Assembly (NCBI GenBank): GCA_964016885.1
Contig: OZ024740.1
Span: 57,350,001 to 57,414,000 of the forward strand
From: Eledone cirrhosa
Lineage: Eukaryota
Reading direction: 5' to 3'
DNA: 64,000 nt
Position 1 is the first letter of the stretch; every line of letters begins with the position of its first letter. Positions 48,850-61,238 of this stretch are shown here, one piece after another. A model generated the notes under the pieces. The model was given only the letters and a program-made list of their open reading frames with translations. It searched no databases and was not told the DNA's origin. The position numbers and the translations under genes are program-made.

Positions 48850-51800
48850 CCTCAGGTCATGTAGTATAAATGTAATGGTTATCTGTGAGACTCGAATCAG
48901 CGTCGTGCGGCAGCTGGCCCCCACCTTCGATGACTTTGAGGTGCATGCATCTCTCTGTCAACCTGGAGGTGGGGGTGGGGTTGTCGTACTGCTGCAAAAA
49001 CACCTGGGTCTTGCCGTACAGGTTGTGCACTCGGACCCGGAGGGTCGTTTGTTGGTGCTAGACGTTGGCAATAGTGAAAGTGCGACCTTGAGACTGGTCG
49101 CCGTCTACTCCCCTTTCGGAGCTGAACGGCCCGACTTCTTCCAGCGTTTGGAGACTTTTCTGGGAACGTCGCGTTCCCTGCTTCTAGCGGGGGATTGGAA
49201 TGACATCCTAGATGCACGTTGGGACTATGCAGGAGCATGTCCTAATAGAGGGCGGTGTAACAGCCTCAAGGGGTTACTCGACCGTTTTAACTTGGTCGAT
49301 AGATATCGACTAGATTTTCCAACTGTGCCTACCTGGACTTGGAGAAACCACAGTGGTCAATCTAGATCGTACTTAGATAGATTCTTAATTAGAAGTAAGG
49401 ATAGGGACATATTAAGCTGTCCAGAAATGCGCACGGTTGGCTACACGGATCACAAATTAGTGACCTGCGTAGTCAATCTCGAGAAAACACATAAACAGGG
49501 TCCCGGTTACTGGAAACTTAATTTGTCTTTACCGGAAAAAGAGACTTACAGAAACCGGATTAGCAGATTAGTTAAGGAGAGGTTGACGGGTGCAATCGTC
49601 AACAACCGATGGTGGGCATCTCTCCAAAGAGAGATTAGAACAGAATCAATAAGTTATAGCAAGATGTTAGCTGCCGATAGGAATAGAAACGAGAAAGAAT
49701 TAACAGGTAAATTAGAAGAGGCAATCAAGAGCGAAGATGTGGCCAGAGTGCTGGCATCGAGGACGGCCTTGAACCAGTTTTTCGATGCAAAGCACGAAGG
49801 CTGCGTCATTCGAAGTAAAATACGTGCTCTAGGCAATGAGGGGGCCAAAGCCGTTGGCTGGGCCCGCGTGACAGAAGCTAAGAGTGGAAATTGATCCACC
49901 ATCCGGTCGTTGCAAGACGAAGATGGACGGGTCATCCGGGAGCCTAAGCAGATGTGCGAGGCCTTTCAAAGACACTTTGCCCGATTGTTCGGGGGAGGCG
50001 GGGGTCCGGGCGGGGGCGTGGATTTCGGTCCATACCTCGACGGCCTGCCGCGTCTCTCGAGCGAAGAGGCAGAGTCCTGCGAGGGACCAATCTCGGCTGA
50101 TGAGATCGGAGATGCGCTGAGCCAATGCAGCAGACGCAAATCTCCAGGTCTCGATGGTATACCTTACGAACTTTATTTAGCAATGCCGGTCTTCTTCTCC
50201 GAACTCCTCGAAGCGGTCTACTGCAATTGGCAGCAGAACGGGAGAATTCCTTGTTCTGTAGCCAAGGGCGTAGTCACGCTGGTGAGGAAGGACGAGAACA
50301 AGGGAGATAGTATAAATAATTTTCGGCCCATAACCCTGCTAAACACAGAGTCAAAGATTTTGGCCAAGGTGTTAGCAAAGAGGTTGGCGCTTGTCGTGGG
50401 TGGCCTGGTGGGAGATGCGCAGACATGTGCTATCCCATCCAGGTCCATTCACGATAACCTCCACCTCATGCGATACATCATAGAGAGGGTTGGCAACAAA
50501 CCCGGCTTCGGTGGGGCCCTGATCAACTTGAATCAGTCTAAGGCCTTCGATAGGGTCGACCATGGTTACCTGGATGCGGTGCTAGCGGCGGCTGGGTTCG
50601 GTCCTGTTTTCAGAGGCTGGATCACTGCCTTACATAGCAACCACATCTGTTCTAGGATCAAGGTGAACGGCTACCTTTCGAAGCCGTTCGAAATCACACG
50701 ATCCATTCGACAGGGGTGCCCTCTCTCCTCCCTTCTGTACGTATTGACTCTCGAGCCTTTACTGAGGAAGTTGGAGTTGTTGCAGGGTATCCCCCTGGAA
50801 CCAGGATTGAGCAAAGCGGTGTCGGCCTACGCCGATGACGTAACAGTAATGGTATCGACCGACTCGGAGATCGAGGCGATCGGTACCTTACTGGAGGAGT
50901 ACGAAAGGTTGTCAGGAGCGAAACTGAACCGGGAAAAATCCATCGGGCTGCAACTCGGAACGTGGAGAGGCAGACCGATGCCTCCTGACGGTGTCGTCGG
51001 ACACTGGACGGAGGGCCCGGTAAAGTTGCTTGGGGTCTGGTTTGGACCGGACCTCCAGGTGGAAAAGAACTGGAACGAGGTTACGAACAAGGTGTTTGCA
51101 CTAACCCAGAAATGGGCCAAGTGTAAGCTGTCCCTAAAAGGCCGGGCGGAGGTGGCGAACATTTACATAGCGTCCGTCACTTACTACCGCCTGACTGTCG
51201 TGCCTTGCCCTAAGGAAACACTCACCACCATGGAACGCATGCTCTTCCAATTTCTTTGGAAGAAGCGCCCTCCTATGGTGAGAAGATCCATCTGCTGCCA
51301 ACAACCTTCGAAAGGAGGGCTGGGGATGCCGTGGTTGATGATGCGTAGGCACGCATTAAGGCTACGGCACCTACAGGTATTCCTCACTGGTCAACCGGTG
51401 TGGGCTCCGTTCGTGAAACGAGCCTTTCCGAGACTCGTCTCGCTCACCGAGCTACAGTCCTGGGTCAAGCAAAGATCCGGAAAACTGGGAGACTGGCACA
51501 CTGAGTGTGCTCAGGCGCTCAGGGCTCTCTGGCAAGCGGGCCAGGCCATCGGTGGAGAATCCACCTCATCATTCTATAGAGGGCTGGTGGCTAGCAGGGG
51601 CGATGACACCCTTGGAGAGTCGCTAGACATGGAAGATGACGAACTGGCCAGCCTGTTCGGTAGGACTTTCGGCCCAGGACCAATGGACAACTTCCAGAAG
51701 TCACTGGCCTGGCAGTGCTACCGGGGGGCTCTACCCGTTCGAGAGAGGCTCTACAGACACGGGCGCCCGGGCAGGGATCCCTCAAAAAAGATTTGCCCTA

Positions 51801-52210
51801 GATGCGTGCGTCACGAAGAAACCGTTGCGCACGCATTGGTGCAATGTCCGGGCGTGGCTGATCTGTGGGGCTACGCCGAACGACTGCTGTCGCGGGTGGC
51901 GCCGATTAAATTGACCGCCGAGTCCGTGATGACAATCAAACCGCCTCCCTTCTTCACAAAGGAAGCAAAGGCGGTTTTTCTGTGCGTAATAGCCATGTTG
52001 AAAGAGGTTGTTTGGTGGACACGATTGAAAGGTCTGAGGTCAGGCAACTTCCTCTCTGGCCATAGTCTGGTCTACTTCTTCCGATATCACTTCGGAAGAA
52101 GGATAAGAATGGAGAGAGAGGTGCTTGGCCACAGGCAGTTTTATGAAAGGTGGGTGATAGTGGCGAGAATGGCTCGTGTAAATGGGCCTTCTCTGTATAC
52201 CATCCTGTAG
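48773..52210 (+). pseudogene. LINE ORF2 (APE endonuclease, RT, Zn knuckle) with one in-frame TGA at 49892-49894
   Basis: CLNAHGL, GDWN, SYLDRF, TDH, KSPGLDG, NFRPITLLN, RQGCPLS, YADD, CPRC..ETVAHALVQC; the two track ORFs share a frame. Confidence 0.92.
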
Positions 52211-52465
52211 GTAAAGAAGTAAAGGAGAGGGGAGCACCTTCTCCATGTGCTCCCCGGGCAAAGGATTGCACACTTTTTCGGGGGGGTGTGCAACCCCCAT
52301 CACGTCCCCTCCCTTTTGAGGTTATTTTCGATTATTTTCATGTTACACCCTTTTTACTCGATTATATGTAAACTCCCCCTTTGTATTTGTCACTTCTTTT
52401 TATGCCTTTATGGTAAATAAAGAAATATATATATATATATGTGTATATATATATATATATATGTG

Positions 52466-52502
<37 letters not shown>

Positions 52503-52551
52503 GTATATGTATATGTATATATATATATATGTATATATATATGTATATATA

Positions 52552-52582
<31 letters not shown>

Positions 52583-52815
52583 GTGTGTTCCTTTTATATA
52601 TATATATATGTGTGTATATATATATGTGTGTGTGTTCCTTTTATATATATATATATGTGTGTGTGTGTCTATGTAGTTATGTATACATATACGCGTATAT
52701 TGCTTAGGATAAGAGTTATGTAAATTGAAAAAAATGATGAAATGATTCACATATTTTTACATTTTGACAATTTACAGGGAAATTCGTATTTTCTGGCCTG
52801 TTTACATGTCTCCAT

Positions 52816-52850
<35 letters not shown>

Positions 52851-52860
52851 AACCAGTAAG

Positions 52861-52954
52861 ACCCCGACAGCTGAGCTCAAGCCGTTTCGACGGCTAATTC
52901 TGGACTAAATGAAAATTTATCCTGGTATTTAAATAGCCGATCTTCTCAAGGGGT
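52861..52954 (-). ncRNA. Type I hammerhead (U3:A8), sense copy
   Basis: acccc-TTGAGAA-gatcggcta..tagccgtc-GAAA-cggct tgagctc agctg-TC-ggggt. Confidence 0.85.
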
Positions 52955-54064
52955 AATTCCATATATGGTCAAAGTGATTGTCAAAAATCAGTAGTAATTC
53001 TGTGGTTGCAGATTAGTAGGGGAGATGGTGGCTAAACCTGCCAGTAGGAGAAAGAGGGGAGGGGGTGGAGTAGACCCAATCAAGCGTTGGTAGTGCCAGC
53101 TACAGCTGGGCATGAGGTCAAAGAAGATACAGGGGAGGGGGAGGGGGAGGAAGTCGGAACGGTAGGTAGAACAATGGGGGGTAGAAATAGGAAAGAAAAA
53201 ATACTGAGAGTGAAGAAAAGCAAATAAGTGTAAAGAAAAAGAAAAAGTAAAGTAAATTAAATTCAACGACCTAGGTGTCAGGCTATTGTTAGGCGAGAAT
53301 AAAATAAAGAAAGAAAGAAAGAAGTAAATAAATAAATAAATAAATAAATAAGGAAATAAGTAAGAGAACTAGGTGGGACGGATTAGGCAAGGACCCTTTT
53401 AAGAGGTATAAGTACGTAAATGATACGGTGACGGGTCAACAAAAGGGGCCAAAATACTAAAGAGACTACCACGAAATAAACAATAAAGGTTTCCATCCCG
53501 GGCCAGCAACGACCCAGTGCAGCAAAGTGAACTTGTACGAGATAATAATTCTGAGTCCCGGGAAAAATATATACTAATGCTAACTCTAAAAGATCTAAAA
53601 CAAGCTACATGAAAGTTCGTACGAAATAAAGGTAGAATACGGAGAAATAAATTCAGAATCCACCCCGCCCAGAAGAAAAGCGAAGCAAGAAATACTGAAA
53701 CGAAAAAATAAGGCATAAGTGCCACTAAGAAATATAGAGGGCACAGAGAATAGTGGGAGCGGTCGGAAAAAGGGGGAAAGTATCCGGGGTCTAAGCCAAC
53801 TGCTATAAAGGGCGGAGTCCACCAAATCTATCAAAGACTAGGGGAGGGGGGGGGGGTACTAAGGCTACATGGGGCCAAAAGGCAGCCTCGGGTGGGCGAG
53901 AAAAGACGCCGACAAAGGAGAAGAGCTGGGGTAGAAGGACAAAGGAGAGAGGGGGGAAGGAAATAAAGGAAGCGATAAAAGAATACAAAGAAGATCTTAC
54001 GTCTTCCTTGGCAAGCAGGGGTTACCCATTGCAAAATCGGCAACTGGGGTGTTATAGCCCTAGT

Positions 54065-55504
54065 CTACCCCCCCCCCCCCCCCGGGTCATTATGGGGTTT
54101 GAGGGCGAGGTAAGTCCTACGCAATCTATGTTTACATGCAGTAACCAGTTCATCTTTCTTGTTTAGGAGTTGGTCCGTCGAAAACAGCATTTGTAAAGTT
54201 TCCTCCGAGCATAAATTGCACGGACGGCGTCCTCCCGTGTAAGAATTGGCTCTGGACAGTAATCTCCAAGTGAGATCATAGGTGATGTTGTTGTCCTTGA
54301 GGTCCCATATGTGGCCCGAAAGTGTAGTGGCGTGACGCCGGGCCGGGTTTCGGAAGGTATGTCTATGTTGGTATAGCCGGGTCTTGAAGTCACATGCGGT
54401 AAGTCCTATATAGGCTTTGTTGGAGGTATCCGTCCTCACGTTGCACTGGTAGATCACATTACGGTCTCTGCATCTATTGTCGAGTGGGCAAATAGATCTA
54501 TCCGGGCAGTTACACCTCCTGGTCGGTTCTCCACTGCTAATTAGGTTATTTCTGCCATCGGGGTTGAGTTTTTTGTTGTTAGAGGAGACGATGTTTTGTG
54601 CGAAGTTTGGTGTAGTGCTGTAAGAGAGTTTGATGGTATTTTTGTTAATTATGTTGTGGTAGCGGTGTTGTAATGGGAAGTGTTTTTCAATGAGCCTAAA
54701 GAATAGTTTCCCGATGGGAGTAGTCACCTCTGCGTTGTGGGGAGGATTGAACCATGTTACATTGCGTGAGCGGCGGTGTCTCCTGCTGGTTCCGCTAATG
54801 GGAGCTGGGCAGTAGGATATTTCCTCCCGGAAACCACTCCGCTTGAGGGCCTGATTGTAATAAGGCGCATGTTCATCGAATATCCGCTCATTAGCTGACA
54901 AACGGGATATGCGGAGGGAGATGTTTTTGACCAGGTTGTTTGTGATGTTCCTAGGATGGTTTGATCGGCGGTGGATGTAGTGCAGATTGTCATTAGGTTT
55001 CCTGTATGGGTAGTACAGGTCGTTTTCGAGATCGAGGGTTACGTCCAGGAAGTTTACTCGGGTCAGGGACGTTTGTAGGGTTATTTTAAATCCCCAGTCG
55101 CGGAAGAATCTGATTAATTGTTTCCGGACCCGATCTGTACTACTGGGGTTGTACCCTTTAAGGGTAAGGAGCCCATCATCACGGTACAATCCACCACCGA
55201 ATGCAGGAAACATATCAGTGAGTTTGGCTATTAGGAATAATCCTATAAGATCAGTGACCTCCGCCGAATCCGTGGCGCCCATGCTGACGTCGAAGGGTGA
55301 GTCAGGAGCTCTTTTTATCCATTTAGAGTTGTCAAAGAGTAAGACTGTCTTCCTGGCGTGGAGGATGATTTTTCTTTCCTGGTCGGTGATGGGCACGAGT
55401 GTTTCGGCGAAGTCCAAGGCGGCAGTAAGTAGCGGTAAGGTGATTGAAGCATAGTAGCTCTCTATGTCGAACTGTATGAATTTAGTTTCTCGTTTATCCT
55501 CCAT
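54065..55504 (-). CDS. Naiad-type PLE RT (C-terminal part) plus GIY-YIG; open 479 aa but N-terminally truncated
   Basis: FIQFDIESYY, FDVSMGATDSAEV, GLYRDDGL, PYRKPN, SNHP, WFNPP, CNC..CPL..C, YIGLT, CNLCSEE. Confidence 0.9.
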   Translation of the reverse strand: MEDKRETKFIQFDIESYYASITLPLLTAALDFAETLVPITDQERKIILHARKTVLLFDNSKWIKRAPDSPFDVSMGATDSAEVTDLIGLFLIAKLTDMFPAFGGGLYRDDGLLTLKGYNPSSTDRVRKQLIRFFRDWGFKITLQTSLTRVNFLDVTLDLENDLYYPYRKPNDNLHYIHRRSNHPRNITNNLVKNISLRISRLSANERIFDEHAPYYNQALKRSGFREEISYCPAPISGTSRRHRRSRNVTWFNPPHNAEVTTPIGKLFFRLIEKHFPLQHRYHNIINKNTIKLSYSTTPNFAQNIVSSNNKKLNPDGRNNLISSGEPTRRCNCPDRSICPLDNRCRDRNVIYQCNVRTDTSNKAYIGLTACDFKTRLYQHRHTFRNPARRHATTLSGHIWDLKDNNITYDLTWRLLSRANSYTGGRRPCNLCSEETLQMLFSTDQLLNKKDELVTACKHRLRRTYLALKPHNDPGGGGG

Positions 55505-55596
55505 ATTAGGCAGGTTTAGCCACCATCTCCCCTACTAATTTGCAACCACAGAATTACTACTGATTTTTGACAATCACTTTGACCATATATGGAATT

Positions 55597-55690
55597 ACCC
55601 CTTGAGAAGATCGGCTATTTAAATACCAGGATAAATTTTCATTTAGTCCAGAATTAGCCGTCGAAACGGCTTGAGCTCAGCTGTCGGGGT
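55597..55690 (+). ncRNA. Type I hammerhead (U3:A8), inverted copy
   Basis: Same motif; predicted cleavage after C55685. Confidence 0.85.
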
Positions 55691-55781
55691 CTTACTGGTT
55701 CCTATTACCCACTCTACTACCTCAAGTATTGAGTACTTTGGTGCGTTATGGTCCACCTGGTTCCTTACCACATTTCCTTCG

Positions 55782-55829
<48 letters not shown>

Positions 55830-55866
55830 ATATATATATATGCATATATATATATATATGTGTGTG

Positions 55867-55897
<31 letters not shown>

Positions 55898-55916
55898 ATG
55901 CATATATATATATATA

Positions 55917-57162
55917 TGGATGTATATATAATGTATTTTGCAATACACTTTATGCTTAATTAAAAGCATTTTGAAGACCGTAAGCTATTGTTTTAAAGTA
56001 GTGACAAATTCACTCACTTTGATCTCAGCAAACAGGGGAGATAAGCCGACATGACATGTTTCGCTTTGGTTGAAGCCTATCAAGGCCAACTACCCCACCT
56101 GTCTACTGAGATCAATGATGTTATATTCTTATAGAAATCTAGTAAATAATCAGGAGCTGATTATGCAGAGCGGTTGTTGGTCAGGCAGAAATTAAAAATT
56201 AGAATTGGAGCTCTGAAATAGCAATATATATATGGATGTATATATATTGCATAATCAGCTCCTGATTATTTACTAGATTTCTATAAGAATATAACATCAT
56301 TGATCTCAGTAGACAGGTGGGTAGTTGGCCTTGATAGGCTTCAACCAAAGCGAAACATGTCATGTCGGCTTATCTCCCCTGTTTGCTGAGATCAAAGTGA
56401 GTGAATTTGTCACTACTTTAAAATAATAGCTTACGGTCTTCAAAATGCTTTTAATTAAGCATAAAGTGTATTGCAAAATACATTATATATACATCCATAT
56501 ATATATTGCTATTTCAGAGCTCCAATTCTAATTTTTAATTTCTGCCTGACCAACAACCGCTCTGCATAATCAGCTCCTGATTATTTACTAGATTTCTATA
56601 AGAATATAACATCATTGATCTCAGTAGACAGGTGGGGTAGTTGGCCTTGATAGGCTTCAACCAAAGCGAAACATGTCATGTCGGCTTATCTCTCTGTTTG
56701 CTGAGATCAAAGTGAGTGAATTTGTCACTACTTTAAAACAATAGCTTACGGTCTTCAAAATGCTTTTAATTAAGCATAAAGTGTATTGCAAAATACATTA
56801 TATATACATCCATATATATATTACTATTTCAGAGCTCCAATTCTAATTTTTAATTTCTGCCTGACCAACAACCGCTCTGCATAATCAGCTCCTGATTATT
56901 TACTAGATTTCTATAAGAATATAACATCATTGATCTCAGTAGACAGGTGGGTTAGTTGGCCTTGATAGGCTTCAACCAAAGCGAAACATGTCATGTCGGC
57001 TTATCTCCCCTGTTTGCTGAGATCAAAGTGAGTGAATTTGTCACTACTTTAAAACAATAGCTTACGGTCTTCAAAATGCTTTTAATTAAGCATAAAGTGT
57101 ATTGCAAAATACATTATATATACATCCATATATATATTGCTATTTCAGAGCTCCAATTCTAA
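55917..57162 (+). mobile_element. ~315 bp hammerhead repeat: one inverted copy plus ~2.9 tandem copies; retrozyme-like
   Basis: HHRs at 56044-56087 (-) and 56327-56370, 56643-56686, 56958-57001 (+): ggcc-TTGATAG-gctt..aagc-GAAA-catg t catg-TC-ggct. Confidence 0.88.
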
Positions 57163-57178
57163 TATATATATATATATT

Positions 57179-57268
<90 letters not shown>

Positions 57269-57300
57269 ATTTATATATATATATATATATTTATATATAT

Positions 57301-57733
57301 GGAAAGTTATATTTAAATTGTTGGGTTCCAACTAGTAAATATTTATAACTGATATAAAAGCACTCGACAAGTATTTGGAGTATATTTACAATATTAAATA
57401 AATGGAAACTATATTTATAAAACCATATTTATTTCATTATATATATTTCAGGGATATCATATTAACAATATGCTATGCCTTCCTCAGACAAAATACAATA
57501 TAAACAGTTTTATAGATAAATAGATTCGACATACCGTAACAACATCGGCTTGTATTTGAAAAGGTTGATTTGGCAGTGAAACAATTGTACACAGAGAGAA
57601 AGAAAGAGAGAAAAAAAGAGAGAAAAAAGGAAAGAAAGACAGAAAACGAAGAAAAAGAAGAAATGCATGGAACAAAATAGAGAGATGGAAAGATAGATAA
57701 AGAGAAGAACTTCATGTAAAGAAACAGAGAGAG

Positions 57734-57765
<32 letters not shown>

Positions 57766-60225
57766 GAAATAGAGATAGATACATATATATAGAAAACTAG
57801 GTAGTGGGACGTCTGTTGGGTAAACGTATCAATGATACATTTATTTATTTATTTATTTATTTAGCTCTAGTATTAATGTAAGGGAGATATATGGAGAGAA
57901 ACCAGCTGTTATATAGAGAGAGAAAAAATATAGAGAGAGAAAAAAATATAGAGAGAGAAAAAATTTAAAAATAACCAGACATAGGCGAGGCGTAAAAACC
58001 CTATGTTTTAATGTAGAGGTATTAGTATTTATAAAAACCAGCCACTATATTGTAAATATCAGTATTCCTGAATGAGACATGTATCCATAATGTGTGAAAA
58101 TTAATGATCTTATGTTTAGTTTTTTAAAAAAAATTCATATGTTTATGTGATAACTACAAACATCTATGTGAATTTACATGATCAACTCTGCAAACCCTAA
58201 GTTCACGGAAAACATTCTCATTGTGGTATAAAAATTTAAGTATACATATATGTGTATATATATACACACAAATATATATAGAGTCAATATTACTATTCCT
58301 GTCTTTACTCTACAAGATTATCTATCAAGCAGAAATAGAGAGCAGATTTCAATATACTAATAAAAATATATATCAGAAACAAAACTAAAAAATAACAATA
58401 ATAATAATAAGTAATAATAAAATAGAAAACTAAAAAATATTACGAAAGAATATTACATATTAAAAATATTACATATTAAAAAAATTTACATATTAAAAAT
58501 ATTAAAAATAAAAATATTAGAAAATACTACAATAATAAAAATAAAAATAAACCACAAAGATCAACCCTTCAAAATTAATTGACAATATATTGCCAAGTTC
58601 ATTATAAGCATCAGAGTTGAAAAACAGATAAAGCCAAAAATTATCTATCAAATCGCATCTAGCAAAGATCATTTCAAAAAGTTTAGGATGCCCATTTGGT
58701 CTACATGTGTTCTTATATTTAATATAGAAGTTTATCTAGTGTAACGTTTATTCGAAATATTTGGAGCATCAACTTTTAGGGTAGCTTAATTTTTCATGAA
58801 GAATGTTTAAATAAAAATAAAATAAAAATAAAAAGAATAAAAAGAAGGAATCAAAGATTTATCGGCTAGTTTCCCATATAATTATAAATCAAACTAAATA
58901 TACTACATTTTAAATTTAAATTTATATTTAAACGTTGAGTTTAATCTATGTTTGCAGCAACTGAATAAATTTGTCCGTAGATTAAGGGAATTTTTAGATT
59001 TTAGTATAAAGAATATCTCCTCTGCGCAGAGGTCACATGTCTCAGAGGATGAATTAAAAGGAATCCCTCTTGAGACTATATTCCAAGCCGTCGAATATCT
59101 AACGTTATCTAGCTTAAGTTGCCAGAGTACGCCTGATAGTGCCGTTGAAGATTTTTTGCTTGGATCTGTGAAAGAATTCTTGTGGTTATTATAGCGAAGT
59201 TTAAATTCCGTCGATGTGGAACCGACGTAGTTAAAAGAATTAGAGTCAGTATTAACATTACAATTGTATACTATATTTTTAACTAAGCAGTTGTTATTTA
59301 ACGGACATTTAGATCTATCTCTACAGTTACATTTGTTAACTTGTATATTATTTATGCTATTATCACTAGGTTTTAAGTTCCTATTATTTATTCTATTAAT
59401 ATTTTGAGCTAAATTTTTGGTGGATGAGTAGGTTAATTTTATTGTATGTCTATTGAAAATTGAGTGATACCTATGTGTTCTAGGGAAGCGATTATCAAGA
59501 GCTTTAAACATAAGATCATTAATTTTCACACATTATGGATACATGTCTCATTCAGGAATACTGATATTTACAATATAGTGGCTGGTTTTTATAAATACTA
59601 ATACCTCTACATTAAAACATAGGGTTTTTACGCCTCGCCTATGTCTGGTTATTTTTAAATTTTTTCTCTCTATATTTTTTTCTCTCTCTATATAACAGCT
59701 GGTTTCTCTCCATATATCTCCCTTACATTAATACTAGAGCTAAATAAATAAATAAATAAATAAATGTATCATTGATACGTTTACCCAACAGACGTCCCAC
59801 TACCTAGTTTTCTATATATATGTATCTATCTCTATTTCCTCTCTCTCTCTATATATATATATATATATCTGTTTCTTTACATGAAGTTCTTCTCTTTATC
59901 TATCTTTCCATCTCTCTATTTTGTTCCATGCATTTCTTCTTTTTCTTCTTTTTCTTCTTTTTCTTCGTTTTCTGTCTTTCTTTCCTTTTTCTCTCTTTTT
60001 TTCTCTCTTTCTTTCTCTCTGTGTACAATTTTTTCACTGCCAAATCAACCTTTTCAAATACAAGTCGATGTTGTTACGGTATGTCGAATCTATTTATCTA
60101 TAAAACTGTTTATATTGTATTTTGTCTGAGGAAGGCATAGCATATTGTTAATATGATATCCCTGAAATATATATAATGAAATAAATATGGTTTTATAAAT
60201 ATAGTTTCCATTTATTTAATATTGT
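57301..60225 (-). mobile_element. 5'-truncated Naiad-type PLE with a ~720 bp inverted copy; relative of the 18.5-22.3 kb element
   Basis: About 57390-58118 is the reverse complement of about 59504-60225; HHR cores at 57446-57487 (-) and 60126-60167 (+). Confidence 0.9.
58903..59507 (-). pseudogene. PLE linker plus GIY-YIG fragment
   Basis: FKALDNRFPRTHRY..CNCRDRSKCPL..YVGST..CDLCAEE. Confidence 0.88.
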
Positions 60226-60252
60226 ATATTTATATATATATATACATATATT

Positions 60253-60283
<31 letters not shown>

Positions 60284-60344
60284 ATTTTTCATTTTGTAAA
60301 AAAAACCTCACTTTCTAATATATATATATATATAAATATATATG

Positions 60345-60447
<103 letters not shown>

Positions 60448-60498
60448 ATATATATATTTATATAAATATATATATATATATATAAATATATATATATA

Positions 60499-60657
<159 letters not shown>

Positions 60658-60660
60658 ATT

Positions 60661-60745
<85 letters not shown>

Positions 60746-60878
60746 GTGAGGTTTTTTTTACAAAATGAAAAATAACCAAGGTGTCCTACACGAGTGAAAG
60801 TATAAAGAAAAAAAGATGAAATCGAAAAGGCAACTGGAGTCTTATTTTTTTTTCTAAATATATATATTTATTTGGTTC

Positions 60879-60914
60879 CTTTACCGGTTTCGCAGTTCTT
60901 CTTCTTTTCAAAAG
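60879..60914 (-). ncRNA. Minimal type I hammerhead (U3:A8)
   Basis: ctt-TTGAAAA-gaag aagaa ctgc-GAAA-ccgg-TA-aag; host repeat 60740-60950 is also seen at about 31078-31190. Confidence 0.55.
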
Positions 60915-60966
60915 TAGAGTTGAGATGGAGGGTCTGTGGTTTTTCTCACATATATATATATATATT

Positions 60967-61153
<187 letters not shown>

Positions 61154-61202
61154 ATTTATATATATATATATTTATATATATATATATTTATATATATATA
61201 TT

Positions 61203-61237
<35 letters not shown>

Positions 61238-61238
<1 letters not shown>

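Larger units (their letters stand above)
46630..52425 (+). mobile_element. Near full-length L1/Tx1-clade non-LTR retrotransposon
   Basis: 5'UTR, ORF1, APE-RT-Zn ORF2, short 3'UTR ending aataaagaaa into (TA)n; 5' boundary approximate. Confidence 0.92.
52849..55783 (-). mobile_element. 5'-truncated Naiad-type PLE with an inverted terminal-repeat copy
   Basis: 52849-53041 is the reverse complement of about 55509-55702; TA flanks. Confidence 0.92.
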
